Below, one piece after another: positions 7,806 to 17,644 of a stretch of 64,000 nt of DNA. Positions within the stretch are counted from its first letter, which is position 1. Each line of letters opens with the position of its first letter. A program made the position numbers and the translations under genes. The stretch covers positions 544,001-608,000 of the forward strand of contig OY775910.1 in NCBI GenBank assembly GCA_963675245.1, written 5' to 3'. The DNA is from Acholeplasmataceae bacterium. GTDB lineage: Bacteria > Bacillota_I > Bacilli_A > Acholeplasmatales > Acholeplasmataceae. The notes under the pieces are model-generated. The model made no database searches. It was not told the DNA's origin and saw only the letters and a list, made by a program, of their open reading frames with translations.

Positions 7806-9145
7806 GCTATACCTCTCATTTTGTTAATGACGTAATTTAATCTATTTAACACACGATCTTTTTCTAAAAGACAGAGTGCAACAGGAAGACTTGGACCATG
7901 CATATCGCCTGTGGATGCGATTCTTAATCCCATCCATAACGCTTTACCCTTAGTTTCGGTATCTTTTCCTGCTTGTTTAATGGCTTCTTCAATTGATACA
8001 ACAGACATATCAGATTGTTCAAGCAATACTTTAAATGATTCAATAAGATTTAAACTGTTTTGTTCATTAAGAAAATCATATGCTTCTTGATTTAATTCAA
8101 ATGCATCATGGAAAAACGCATGATAGAGTTCCACGATTTGTCCAATATGTGTCATACGATCTTGGAATAATTCTGCTAATAATTTCAACCAATCTTCTGA
8201 TGGAATGTCAATGGCTGCTTTTTCCAAATATGGACGCATCAAATCCGCTAGCGTATCAACATCAAGCGCTTTGATATACTTACTGTTAACAAACGCTAGT
8301 TTTTCTTTATCAAACATTGATGGTGCCTTTGTTAATCTATTTGGATCAAATAATTCAATAATTTCATCATGTGTGAGTATTTCTTTATTGGTTGGTGGTG
8401 ACCAACCCAATAAAGCAATAAAGTTATACATCGCTTCTGGCAAATAGCCCATGTTGGCATATTCAGAAATGAATTGAACAACATCTTTATCACGTTTTGA
8501 TAATTTCTTTTTTTGTTCATTCACGATGATGGTCATATGACCAAACGTTGGTGGTTCCCAACCAAACGCTTTATAAACCATGATTTGTTTTGGTGTGTTT
8601 GTAATATGTTCTTCACCACGTAAGACGTGAGTGATTGCCATTAGATGATCATCAATAACAACCGCGAAATTATACGTTGGAATACCATTATCTTTCATGA
8701 TAATCCAATCTTCAACTTCTTTTGATTCAAACGATAAGTTTCCGCGAACAATATCCTTAAAAGAATAGGTTTGGTCGTTAGGCACTTTAATGCGAATCGC
8801 GAATAGATCGCTACCTTCTCTAAACTCTTTATAAGCGAGACCGCGTTCCAACAACTCATTCGCATATGCTTGATACATGTCTAGTCGTTCAAGTTGACGG
8901 TATGGACCATATTCTCCAGGATTATTTGGTGATTCATCCCAGTCAATACCTAACCATTTCAAATAATTAAATTGTGACTCTTCTCCGCCTTTGACGTTTC
9001 TAGCGACATCCGTATCTTCAATACGAATGATAAAATCTCCACCAAAGTGACGGGCAAAGAGATAATTAAATAACGCTGACCTTGCGTTTCCAATGTGTAA
9101 TAATCCAGTTGGACTCGGTGCGTAACGCACGCGAACTTTTTGCAT
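7802..9145 (-). CDS. gltX: Glutamate--tRNA ligase
   Basis: RYAPSPTGLLHIGN (HIGH) and KKLSKR (KMSKS) motifs; start moved to the ATG after an AGGAGG RBS. Confidence 0.98.
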   Translation of the reverse strand: MQKVRVRYAPSPTGLLHIGNARSALFNYLFARHFGGDFIIRIEDTDVARNVKGGEESQFNYLKWLGIDWDESPNNPGEYGPYRQLERLDMYQAYANELLERGLAYKEFREGSDLFAIRIKVPNDQTYSFKDIVRGNLSFESKEVEDWIIMKDNGIPTYNFAVVIDDHLMAITHVLRGEEHITNTPKQIMVYKAFGWEPPTFGHMTIIVNEQKKKLSKRDKDVVQFISEYANMGYLPEAMYNFIALLGWSPPTNKEILTHDEIIELFDPNRLTKAPSMFDKEKLAFVNSKYIKALDVDTLADLMRPYLEKAAIDIPSEDWLKLLAELFQDRMTHIGQIVELYHAFFHDAFELNQEAYDFLNEQNSLNLIESFKVLLEQSDMSVVSIEEAIKQAGKDTETKGKALWMGLRIASTGDMHGPSLPVALCLLEKDRVLNRLNYVINKMRGIA

Positions 9146-9213
9146 AAGATGCCTCCTTACATGCAATTAATATTATACGGTAATTATTATTATTTCACAA
9201 TAATAATATGATA

Positions 9214-9741
9214 TTATTCATATTTCAAAGGACCTTTATAGCCAATTGATTTTAAATAGGTGTTTACTTGTCTGCGATTTTTAAATACGGTCACTTTATC
9301 TTTATATGTTTTTTCATACATTTTAAACGTTTTTCTTCTCGCTTTTTTACGACCATCATAAAGGATCCACCAGATGAAACTCCAGTTTAAATTTTCTGTG
9401 CAATCCTCACAAACAGAATCTCTTGTTTGATTGCGATATTTAAACCATCTATGAAAAGATCCCCATAGACATTTAAAACGATTAAAATTAAAAATAAAAA
9501 TATGATCTGCTTGTTCAAAACGTTCGGGTGCTAACTTGGTGTACGACCCATCAATTGCCCATGAGTCTTGTGTCATAAATGCTCGCATATCAACTTCAAC
9601 ATCTTTTCTGTCTCGCTCTACCCAATGTGCTTCAAATGATATACTGTCAATATGAAGAACAGGAATATTGTAAGTCTCACCGATACGCTTTGTAAATGTA
9701 GATTTCCCGGCACTTGCGTAACCAACAACTGCAATCTTCAT
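9214..9741 (-). CDS. FlaR-like/adenylate kinase family P-loop protein
   Basis: GYASAGKST Walker A, WAIDGSY. Confidence 0.8.
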   Translation of the reverse strand: MKIAVVGYASAGKSTFTKRIGETYNIPVLHIDSISFEAHWVERDRKDVEVDMRAFMTQDSWAIDGSYTKLAPERFEQADHIFIFNFNRFKCLWGSFHRWFKYRNQTRDSVCEDCTENLNWSFIWWILYDGRKKARRKTFKMYEKTYKDKVTVFKNRRQVNTYLKSIGYKGPLKYE

Positions 9742-9787
9742 GGCATACCTTCTTTATATTATTTTCAACACCCATATTATAACATAC

Positions 9788-9814
9788 AAAAAAGAAAGGG
9801 ACCCATAGGGTCCC
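9788..9814 (-). terminator. Intrinsic terminator after rpsI
   Basis: gggaccc-ata-gggtccc hairpin with a U-rich tail on -. Confidence 0.8.
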
Positions 9815-9820
9815 AAACGA

Positions 9821-10219
9821 TTAACGTTTTGAGAATTGTGAAGCTTTTCTTGCTTTCTTCAAACCAGGTTTCTTTCTTTCTTTCGCACGTGGATCACGTG
9901 TGATTAAGCCTGCTGGTTTTAATGTTGCACGAAGCTCAGGATTCATTTCAAGCAATGCTCTTGTAATACCATGACGGATTGCGCCAGCTTGCCCTGTTAA
10001 TCCACCACCATTAACATTAACTTGAATATCATATTTGCCTTCTGATTCAGTTAGTGCAAGTGGTTGTAATACGTCTAAACGTGTAGCCGGAGATGGAATA
10101 TATTCTTCGAAAGGACGACCGTTGATTAAGAATTCACCTTTACCTGGTGTTAAAATAACACGAGCAACCGAACTCTTTCTACGACCTGTTCCAAAAAATT
10201 GTGCTTTATCTGTAGCCAT
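9821..10219 (-). CDS. rpsI: 30S ribosomal protein S9
   Basis: [12 protein letters not shown]...[19 protein letters not shown]. Confidence 0.99.
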   Translation of the reverse strand: MATDKAQFFGTGRRKSSVARVILTPGKGEFLINGRPFEEYIPSPATRLDVLQPLALTESEGKYDIQVNVNGGGLTGQAGAIRHGITRALLEMNPELRATLKPAGLITRDPRAKERKKPGLKKARKASQFSKR

Positions 10220-10222
10220 TGA

Positions 10223-10651
10223 TTAAACCTCCAAACTTTCTGGTTGTTGAGCACTATGTTTGTGCTCTGGTCCAGCATAGACGAATAATTTTCTCGCCAT
10301 TTGCGCGCCAAGTTTTGTATGAGGCAACATACCCTTGACAGCTTTCTCAACCATTCTTGTAGGAAATTTTTTCATTACGTCTTTAGCTGCCGTACTTGAG
10401 AGACCACCATTATAACCTGAGTGGCTATAATAAAGTTTTTGATCCCATTTTCTACCTGTTAAATTAATTTTTTCTGCATTAATGATAACAACATAGTCAC
10501 CACTATCTACATGAGGAGTGTAGGTTGGTTTATGTTTACCTTTTAAGACAGATGCAACCGCTGTTGCGAGACGACCTAACGTCTTGTTTTCTGCATCGAC
10601 GACATACCATTTTCTTTCAATCGTCTGTGCGTTAGCCATGAATGTTTTCAT
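10223..10651 (-). CDS. rplM: 50S ribosomal protein L13
   Basis: [30 protein letters not shown]. Confidence 0.99.
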   Translation of the reverse strand: MKTFMANAQTIERKWYVVDAENKTLGRLATAVASVLKGKHKPTYTPHVDSGDYVVIINAEKINLTGRKWDQKLYYSHSGYNGGLSSTAAKDVMKKFPTRMVEKAVKGMLPHTKLGAQMARKLFVYAGPEHKHSAQQPESLEV

Positions 10652-10719
10652 TACATTTCTCCTTATTATTTATGAAATAAGGGCTAAGTGGAATAACTTT
10701 TTAAATATGTACCTCTGTC

Positions 10720-10748
10720 ATAATACTATAAATAGTATTGATTGTCAA
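10720..10748 (-). promoter_or_regulatory. SigA promoter of rplM-rpsI
   Basis: TTGACA-17 nt-TATTAT on the - strand. Confidence 0.75.
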
Positions 10749-10762
10749 TGATTATATGCTAT

Positions 10763-11260
10763 TTAAGATACAATTTTAACGCTGGTTAAATCTGGTTCAA
10801 CAACTACTTTTTCATCTTTAGAAGTTGGAATATTTTTACCGATGTAATCAGCTCTAATTGGAAGCTCTCTATGACCTCTATCAATGAGAATTGCTAGCCT
10901 TATTTGACTAGGTCTACCGTAATCATTAATCGCGTCCATTGCTGCCCTTACGGACCGCCCAGTAAAGAGCACATCATCAATTAGAATCACATGCTTATCA
11001 TACGCGTTAAAATTTAATTTTTTAGGAATATTCATCCCCTTAACATCATCTCGGTAAGGTGTGATATCTAAACCAAAAAGTGGTACATCAACATCCGCGA
11101 ACCTTTTCAGATTTTTTTGGATAGCTAAAGCGATCGGATATCCCTTTTTTTGAATGCCAATTAACACGATTTCTGATAAGTCTGCATGGTGTTCTATGAT
11201 TTCATGTGTCATTCGTTTTAGCGTTCTTGATATTTGTTCTTCATTCATTATTTCTTTCAT
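10763..11260 (-). CDS. pyrR: Pyrimidine attenuation regulator / UPRTase
   Basis: LIDDVLFTGRSVRAAMDA, DRGHRELPIRADYIGKN; start shortened to MKEIM. Confidence 0.95.
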   Translation of the reverse strand: MKEIMNEEQISRTLKRMTHEIIEHHADLSEIVLIGIQKKGYPIALAIQKNLKRFADVDVPLFGLDITPYRDDVKGMNIPKKLNFNAYDKHVILIDDVLFTGRSVRAAMDAINDYGRPSQIRLAILIDRGHRELPIRADYIGKNIPTSKDEKVVVEPDLTSVKIVS

Positions 11261-11348
11261 ATTTATCACCATATCTATTCTATCATTATTTTTTACAATT
11301 TTCCTCTTGTAATTCTTCAAATTCATGTTATACTTGTAAACAGTAAAG

Positions 11349-11432
11349 GTCCTTTAAGACTTGCCCGTGAGCATGTTAAGGTACTATTCATCCATACCTA
11401 CACTTAAAGGACACCTACAGGTGTCTTTTTTT
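11349..11432 (+). promoter_or_regulatory. PyrR-binding attenuator leader
   Basis: CCTTTAA..CCCGTGAG..AAGG stem-loop (11351-11381); gtcctttaag (11349-58) pairs perfectly with cttaaaggac (11403-12), which overlaps the terminator ggacacc..ggtgtcttttttt. Confidence 0.85.
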
Positions 11433-11471
11433 GTAGAAGGCCTTTAAAAACTAAATAGAGGAGTGTTTAAC

Positions 11472-12878
11472 ATGAATGAACAAAAGCTTTTGATTGACAT
11501 CCAGGAAAAGCCAGAACATGTTGGTAAATGGATTTTACTTTCCTTTCAACATGTATTCGCAATGTTTGGTGCAACCGTACTTGTACCATTACTAACTGGA
11601 CTTAATGTGGGGGTTGCGTTACTCGCGAGTGGTATTGGTACATTGATTTATATCGTATGTACAAAAGGTAAGGTACCAGTTTACTTAGGATCGAGCTTCG
11701 CCTATATTGGTGCTATTCTCATTGCAGCATTATCAAATGCACGTGAATTAGGTGTCATTGGTGCAGAAGATGGATTAGAACAGTTAAGTGCTGCTATATC
11801 AAATGGTTCAATTAGTTTTGTTGAAGCATATGGTTCAGCTTTCTTAGGGTTAATGGCTGTCGGTTTAACATATATCATTGTGTCAGTCATCATCAGATTT
11901 ACAGGTAGTGGTTGGCTTAAAAAACTACTTCCATCCATCGTTGTTGGACCCATGATTATTATTATTGGTTTATCATTAGCAGGTGTTGCTGTTGGTAACA
12001 TTGGCTTAGGTGCTGGTGGTGGTTCATGGCAAACAATCGTTGTTGCTGCAATCACATTCTTAGCTGCGGGTGTTATTTCTATTAAAGCGAAAGGCTTTTT
12101 AAAGATTGTACCTTTCTTAGTTGCGATTTTAGTTGGATATGCCTTCGCGATGATTTTCCAGCAGGTTGATTATAATATCTATACAAGTTCAACATTCTTA
12201 CAATTGCCTAGCGTAACGTTTGTTGGTACATACGGTTTTGATGTCAATTGGTTACAAGTACTTGCATTCGTACCACTTGCATTCGTTACAATGGCAGAAC
12301 ATATCGGAGATCATACAGTATTAGGAGAAATTACAGGTCGTGATTTCATCACAGATCCAGGTTTACAAAATACGTTATTAGGAGATGGTATCGCAACCCT
12401 TGTTGCTGGTGCTATTGGGGGTCCTGCTAATACGACATATGGTGAAAACACTGGTGTGGTTGCTGTCACAAAAGTTGGTTCTGTATGGGTGACTGGATTA
12501 GCTGCAGTCATCGCAATCCTCTTAGCATTCTTCGGTTATATTCAAGCATTTATTCAAAGTATTCCTTGGTCAGTTATCGGTGGTATCACATTGATCTTAT
12601 ACGGATTGATTGCTGCTAACGGTGTAAAAGTCTTAATTAAAGATCGTACTGATTTAGGTAACATGAGAAACTTAATTGTTGTTTCAACAATGTTAGTTAT
12701 TGGTTTAGGTGGCGCGGTTATTCCGTTAAACGCATTCGCATCACTTACGGGTATGAGCTTAGCTGTTCTCGTGGGTATCGTATTAAACCAATTATTAATC
12801 GGTTTAGAAAAATTCACATGGGTTGGATTCTGGAATGGTACTAAAAACGTATTTAGAAAAGTCTTTAAAAGAGCATAA
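11472..12878 (+). CDS. uraA: Uracil permease (NCS2/NAT family)
   Basis: QHVFAMFGATVLVP, YLGSSFA, EHIGD, PANTTYGEN motifs; lies behind a PyrR attenuator. Confidence 0.93.
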   Translation: MNEQKLLIDIQEKPEHVGKWILLSFQHVFAMFGATVLVPLLTGLNVGVALLASGIGTLIYIVCTKGKVPVYLGSSFAYIGAILIAALSNARELGVIGAEDGLEQLSAAISNGSISFVEAYGSAFLGLMAVGLTYIIVSVIIRFTGSGWLKKLLPSIVVGPMIIIIGLSLAGVAVGNIGLGAGGGSWQTIVVAAITFLAAGVISIKAKGFLKIVPFLVAILVGYAFAMIFQQVDYNIYTSSTFLQLPSVTFVGTYGFDVNWLQVLAFVPLAFVTMAEHIGDHTVLGEITGRDFITDPGLQNTLLGDGIATLVAGAIGGPANTTYGENTGVVAVTKVGSVWVTGLAAVIAILLAFFGYIQAFIQSIPWSVIGGITLILYGLIAANGVKVLIKDRTDLGNMRNLIVVSTMLVIGLGGAVIPLNAFASLTGMSLAVLVGIVLNQLLIGLEKFTWVGFWNGTKNVFRKVFKRA

Positions 12879-12909
12879 TTAATCATTTAAAACAAAAAGG
12901 TCGTATGAA

Positions 12910-13119
12910 TTACGGCCTTTTATTTTTTTCATTGAATAGGTATTCAATCGTTAGGTGTGGAAACAACTCAGAAATATAACTGACTTCATGTTCTAAAAAT
13001 GCTTCTCTCCCATAAAGTTTATGATGCAATGATTTTTCTGAGATACCTAATGCTTTAGAAACTGCAGCTTGAGATATGCCTTTTGCATACATCTCAATAA
13101 TAAGATTGTAGTAAACCAT
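12910..13119 (-). CDS. Small Cro-like XRE HTH protein
   Basis: 69 aa, ISQAAVSKALGISEKSLHHKLYG..F...TIEYLF. Confidence 0.8.
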   Translation of the reverse strand: MVYYNLIIEMYAKGISQAAVSKALGISEKSLHHKLYGREAFLEHEVSYISELFPHLTIEYLFNEKNKRP

Positions 13120-13157
13120 ATTTCCCCCTATATGTGCGTTTGCATGTATTTTATACT

Positions 13158-13186
13158 ATTGTATATGCATATGAATATATTGTCAA
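13158..13186 (-). promoter_or_regulatory. Promoter of the cro-like gene with a palindrome in its spacer
   Basis: TTGACA-17 nt-TACAAT on -; ATATGCATAT palindrome at 13163-13172. Confidence 0.65.
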
Positions 13187-13255
13187 CAAAAGGCATTAAT
13201 GCACTCATGCTTAAGCCGTAATCAATGATATGATGATTATGAAATGAGGGACAAT

Positions 13256-13621
13256 ATGGATATTTATGATCGCATTGCATTTCAATTAAAATCACAACGA
13301 CTAACCAGAAAATCATTATGTAATGAAACAGGTATTCCTTACGCGACACTATCTAGTTTATTTCAACGTCGTTCTGAAAATATCAACATGTCTACCATCA
13401 TTAAAGTTGCAGATTTCTTAGGTGTAACAACGGATTACTTAATCATTGGTGATCGCCTGAAAGCAGGATACTCTTTATCAGAAGATCCTGATCACACCTA
13501 TCAAAACGGTGATACTATCACGAGAGAACTATTAAGAATTATAAATAAACTTACCGTAAAAGGTAAAAACGCATTATTGTCTAGAGCATACGAATTAGAA
13601 GAAACAGACAGTAAAGAATAA
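13256..13621 (+). CDS. CI-like XRE HTH transcriptional regulator
   Basis: LTRKSLCNETGIPYATLSS..IIKVADFLGVTTDYLI; divergent from the cro-like gene. Confidence 0.85.
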   Translation: MDIYDRIAFQLKSQRLTRKSLCNETGIPYATLSSLFQRRSENINMSTIIKVADFLGVTTDYLIIGDRLKAGYSLSEDPDHTYQNGDTITRELLRIINKLTVKGKNALLSRAYELEETDSKE

Positions 13622-13648
13622 AGCACCTTCGAAAAGGTGCTTTTATTT
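13621..13648. terminator. Bidirectional terminator
   Basis: aagcacctt-cgaa-aaggtgctt between convergent genes. Confidence 0.8.
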
Positions 13649-14730
13649 TAGAATTTATCAAATAAGATATTCTCGTCTTTCATCTCATGTTTTGATAGCA
13701 CGCGAATACACGCATCAATCATCCCAGGAGATCCACAGAGATACGCTTCTGATTCAGTTAAATCTTTGGTGTGCCTGTCAACGACATCTGTGATTAACCC
13801 AGTTTCGCCTGTCCAGTGATCTTCTTCTTTTGGTTCAGATAACGCTGGAATGTATTCGAAATTAGGATATTCCTTAGCAAGTGCTTCAAATTCCTCTGTG
13901 TAGTAAAGATCTCTTTTTGATCTTGCACCAAAGAAATATTTCACTTTTCTTGGCATACCTTGATCTTTCAAAAAAGCAAGAATTGATCTGATTGGTGCCT
14001 TACCAGAACCACCGGCGATACAGATCATATCGCGCTTAGAATCTTCTCTTAAGAAGAAATCACCATAAGGACCTGTAATCACCATTTTATCGCCTTCTTG
14101 AAGCGCTTTATGAACGAACGTTGTCGCTTGTCCTTTAGGTACATAGCGAATGACAAGTTCAATGTCGCTCTTGTTTTTGGGATCACTCGCAATTGAATAG
14201 GCGCGAATAATTTCAATACCAGGTACTTTAATTTGAACATATTGTCCTGGTTTGAAATCAATCGTTTCAGGATCTATTAAATGGAATCTAACAAGTTTAA
14301 TATCATACGTTAAATCTTCAACGTGGGTAATCACCGTTCTATATTCTTTCGCTGAAAGTAATCCTTTAGGTAAAACGATTTTCATGTTGTCATATGTTTT
14401 AATTTGACACGATAAGTGTACACCTTCTTTAGCTTCTTCTGGAGAAACAAATGCTTCTTCGGTTGGTCTTAGTGGTGAGTCATCATCTAATAATCTTATT
14501 TTACAAAATCCACAAGTGGCTTTCCCGCCACACGCAGATGGCACGAAAATCTTTTCGTGTGCTAACGCGTTTAATACCGTATCATCACCACGCACAGGAA
14601 TGGTTGTGTCATCATTAATGTGAATGGTTTTTTCTTTGTCGCCGCCCATCAATTTTTCAATCACGATTAACAGTGCTGAAATGATGAGCATCAGTCCCAC
14701 GAGTATACTGGGTAATATGATCCAATCCAT
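13648..14730 (-). CDS. nqrF: NqrF-like 2Fe-2S/FAD/NAD oxidoreductase subunit
   Basis: N-terminal TM helix, SACGGKATCGFC..CQ, RAYSIAS, GGSGKAP, YLCGSPGM. Confidence 0.8.
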   Translation of the reverse strand: MDWIILPSILVGLMLIISALLIVIEKLMGGDKEKTIHINDDTTIPVRGDDTVLNALAHEKIFVPSACGGKATCGFCKIRLLDDDSPLRPTEEAFVSPEEAKEGVHLSCQIKTYDNMKIVLPKGLLSAKEYRTVITHVEDLTYDIKLVRFHLIDPETIDFKPGQYVQIKVPGIEIIRAYSIASDPKNKSDIELVIRYVPKGQATTFVHKALQEGDKMVITGPYGDFFLREDSKRDMICIAGGSGKAPIRSILAFLKDQGMPRKVKYFFGARSKRDLYYTEEFEALAKEYPNFEYIPALSEPKEEDHWTGETGLITDVVDRHTKDLTESEAYLCGSPGMIDACIRVLSKHEMKDENILFDKF

Positions 14731-14741
14731 AAATATCCCCC

Positions 14742-15314
14742 TTATACCAATCCGGTAAAGCCCATAAATGCAAGAGCTAAAATACCTAACATAAAGAAGA
14801 CAATGGCTTTACCACGTAATCCACGCGGTGGATTAGCTACTTTATGCATCTTTTCACGTAAACCGGCTACTAAAACAATAGCAAGTAACCAACCAACAGA
14901 TGAACCGAAAGCAAACGTCGTTGTTTGTACAAAGTTATAATCTCTATTCACAAAGAATAGTGATACTGCTAAGACGACACAGTTAACAGTAATTAGTGGT
15001 AAGAATATGCCAAATGCATTATACAGTTTAGGAATAAATCTTTCTAAGAAAATTTCTAAGAATTGAACGGTTGCAGCAATCGTAATAATGAATACGATAT
15101 AACTAACATATGTCGTATTCGTCGCAACTAATAACTGATAAATTGGCCAGTTGATCATCGCCGTAAGTGTCACAACGAATATAACAGCAATCCCCATACC
15201 TCTAGCATTCTTAACATTCGTTGATATCGCAATTAAAGGGCACATACCAAGAATGAAGACTAACGCGATATTATTATTTAATATCGATGAAATAAAGAGT
15301 TCAAATGCGTTCAT
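14742..15314 (-). CDS. nqrE: NqrE/RnfA family membrane subunit
   Basis: LGMCP, GIFLPLITVNC. Confidence 0.8.
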   Translation of the reverse strand: MNAFELFISSILNNNIALVFILGMCPLIAISTNVKNARGMGIAVIFVVTLTAMINWPIYQLLVATNTTYVSYIVFIITIAATVQFLEIFLERFIPKLYNAFGIFLPLITVNCVVLAVSLFFVNRDYNFVQTTTFAFGSSVGWLLAIVLVAGLREKMHKVANPPRGLRGKAIVFFMLGILALAFMGFTGLV

Positions 15315-15328
15315 ATATCATATCCTCC

Positions 15329-15955
15329 TTATATCGTTTCTTCAAAATTCCTGGTCCATTGACGAATACCCCAAATGAACATACCAAGAATAAAGAAACC
15401 ACCTGGTGCCATAGCCATGACAACCCAATTAACCCATGTTGAAGGCATCACTTGCATATTTAAGAATGTACCAAACGCAAGTATTTCACGAATGGACGCT
15501 GTTAATACAAGGACAAATGCGTAACCCATACCTGAAGCAAATCCATCAACAATGGAATACTTCACTGGATTTTTAACAGCAAATGCTTCTGCTCTACCCA
15601 TAACAATACAGTTTGTAATAATCAATCCAACATATGCACCAAGTGAATCAGCGATCGTTGGGAAATAAGCTTGTAAGAAAAATTGAACAACGATAACAAA
15701 TGATGAGATAACGACCATATAAGTAATCATTCTTACTTTTGACGGAATAAAGTTACGTAAGAGTGAAATAACTAATGAGGATGCCATCACAACAAACGTT
15801 ACACCTAACCCCATAGCGATCGCGTTTTCAACTTTATTTGTTACTGCTAATGCAGAACATATTCCTAAGACAGCAATCGCGATTGGATTGTTTATAGACA
15901 TACCATCTCTTAAAATGTTATACGTCTTCGTATACTTCAAGCGAATCCATTTCAT
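15329..15955 (-). CDS. nqrD: NqrD/RnfE family membrane subunit
   Basis: NNPIAIAVLGICSALAVT, VGLIITNCIVMGRAEAFA. Confidence 0.85.
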   Translation of the reverse strand: MKWIRLKYTKTYNILRDGMSINNPIAIAVLGICSALAVTNKVENAIAMGLGVTFVVMASSLVISLLRNFIPSKVRMITYMVVISSFVIVVQFFLQAYFPTIADSLGAYVGLIITNCIVMGRAEAFAVKNPVKYSIVDGFASGMGYAFVLVLTASIREILAFGTFLNMQVMPSTWVNWVVMAMAPGGFFILGMFIWGIRQWTRNFEETI

Positions 15956-16566
15956 GAGACATTACCTCCATATCCTTCTGATTCCCATACTTGCATCGCG
16001 TAAGTATAGGCTAAATTGAGCATTGCTTCAAATGCTTTTGATGTTCTTGTAGCACCTGTAATCGTATCTACTTCGTTGTCTGCATTTGCTGCACTGTCTT
16101 TATTGATTTCTAATTGTGGTGTCATTTTAATACCCACGAATGTATCTAAATATTGAGCCGTCGCGACAACCCCACCTAAACCAGGTGTTTCGGCTTGTGA
16201 TAATACCGCTACTTTTTGAATAGTCACTAAATCAGATTCTAATGTTAAGACACCAGAAATCGTATCCCATACACCACCACCCGAATAAGCAAAACTCAAC
16301 GCACCTGTGCTTTCTTGATAATAAAAAGTAATATCGCCATTAACACTATCTGTGTACTCATATACGACCACTTCAGCGTCAAATACATCATGAATATTCG
16401 CTGTGTTATATTCAATATCAAAGCCAGTTAATACTGCTGATTTTAACTTCACATCTGCGTTTAATGCGATACGATCCTCAGTTAATGCCTTCGCACCCAA
16501 TAAGAGTGCTGAAGTAATCACACCAAGTATTAAGACGAATAGGATGACTTTAAGATTTCTGTTCAT
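15952..16566 (-). CDS. nqrC: NqrC/RnfG family FMN-binding subunit
   Basis: ETPGLGG and the flavinylation motif VDTITGATRTS. Confidence 0.8.
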   Translation of the reverse strand: MNRNLKVILFVLILGVITSALLLGAKALTEDRIALNADVKLKSAVLTGFDIEYNTANIHDVFDAEVVVYEYTDSVNGDITFYYQESTGALSFAYSGGGVWDTISGVLTLESDLVTIQKVAVLSQAETPGLGGVVATAQYLDTFVGIKMTPQLEINKDSAANADNEVDTITGATRTSKAFEAMLNLAYTYAMQVWESEGYGGNVS

Positions 16567-17503
16567 TGAGTTCACCCACCTCTTCTTTTTTCTTACCTGA
16601 ATCAAATAATGCACCAACTGCGTTCATTAAGATGATGGCGAATACAGTTCCTTCTGGGAATGTACCAAAATTTCTAATAAGGACAATCAATAAGCCTATA
16701 CCAATACCATAATATAATTTACCCCATGGTTTAATTGGTGCAGAGACAGGTTCTGTCGCTACAAAAAATGCGGCAAACAGTACCGATCCTACAAATAAGG
16801 AATAATAAGGATTAGCAAAGTTGTCTGGGAATATGTAGTACCCAGCTAAAGTCACTATAAACACAGTCCCTAACACACCTAGTGGTATCCGCCAATCGAT
16901 TACTTTAAGTGCGGCTAATAATAAACCTAACACTAAAATCCCAATTCTGAATGTTTCCCCAATAGAGCCTGGTGTGTATCCAAATAATAAATCAGACATC
17001 GTATAGGTAAATGCATTACCACTATTTAATAATGATAAAGGTGTTTGTGTCCCAATCACCCCTGTCACAGGATCTAACCACGCTGTAGAAATGAATTGTG
17101 GAAATGATATCGTTACAAACAAAATCCCTACTAAAGCAGGATTAAATATTGTTTTCCCTCTTCCTCCAAAAATACTCTTACCAAAGAAGTATCCGAAGAA
17201 AGATCCTACACCTGCAATCCATACTGGTACAGATGGTGGTAACAGTAATGTAAAAATAAGTGGCGTAATAAACCAAAAATAGTCAAAAGGTAATTTTCTA
17301 ACGCTTGAAAATAATAGTTCTACGAGTGCCGCAACTATAACTGCAACCACAGCTACTAAAAGCACATAGAAACTAAAAATAATCGCTGAGGCAAGTAATA
17401 GTATGCCTAAAGCGACTCCAAGAATCGATAAATTTCTCGACGTCAATGTGGTATTATACGCGTTCGTTTTATCTTCTGTCATGTATTTCACCGTATCTTT
17501 CAT
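16550..17503 (-). CDS. NqrB/RnfD family membrane subunit
   Basis: FGGRGKTIFNPALVG, TQTPL, PGSIGET, FFVATEPVSAP, PEGTVFAIILMN. Confidence 0.85.
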   Translation of the reverse strand: MKDTVKYMTEDKTNAYNTTLTSRNLSILGVALGILLLASAIIFSFYVLLVAVVAVIVAALVELLFSSVRKLPFDYFWFITPLIFTLLLPPSVPVWIAGVGSFFGYFFGKSIFGGRGKTIFNPALVGILFVTISFPQFISTAWLDPVTGVIGTQTPLSLLNSGNAFTYTMSDLLFGYTPGSIGETFRIGILVLGLLLAALKVIDWRIPLGVLGTVFIVTLAGYYIFPDNFANPYYSLFVGSVLFAAFFVATEPVSAPIKPWGKLYYGIGIGLLIVLIRNFGTFPEGTVFAIILMNAVGALFDSGKKKEEVGELNEQKS

Positions 17504-17644
17504 ATTGATATGACGTATAGTACGTTGTATGTTTATTCTATCATATGGATAATTATAATAAGTATTGATATGTTTTACTTATTAAAAAATAAGAAATTCT
17601 AAAGAATTTCATTAAAAAAGCACAAGAAATACTGTGCTTTTAAA

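Noticed and set aside
10652..10715. Possible L13 ribosomal leader RNA upstream of rplM
   Set aside because: Only a short CCAC..AGCCC resemblance; cannot be supported without a covariance-model search.
13128..13349. 73-aa ORF across the cro/cI intergenic region
   Set aside because: Overlaps the promoter region and the CI-like gene on the opposite strand; no recognisable features.
12910..13621. Prophage call
   Set aside because: No integrase, replication, structural or lysis genes nearby.
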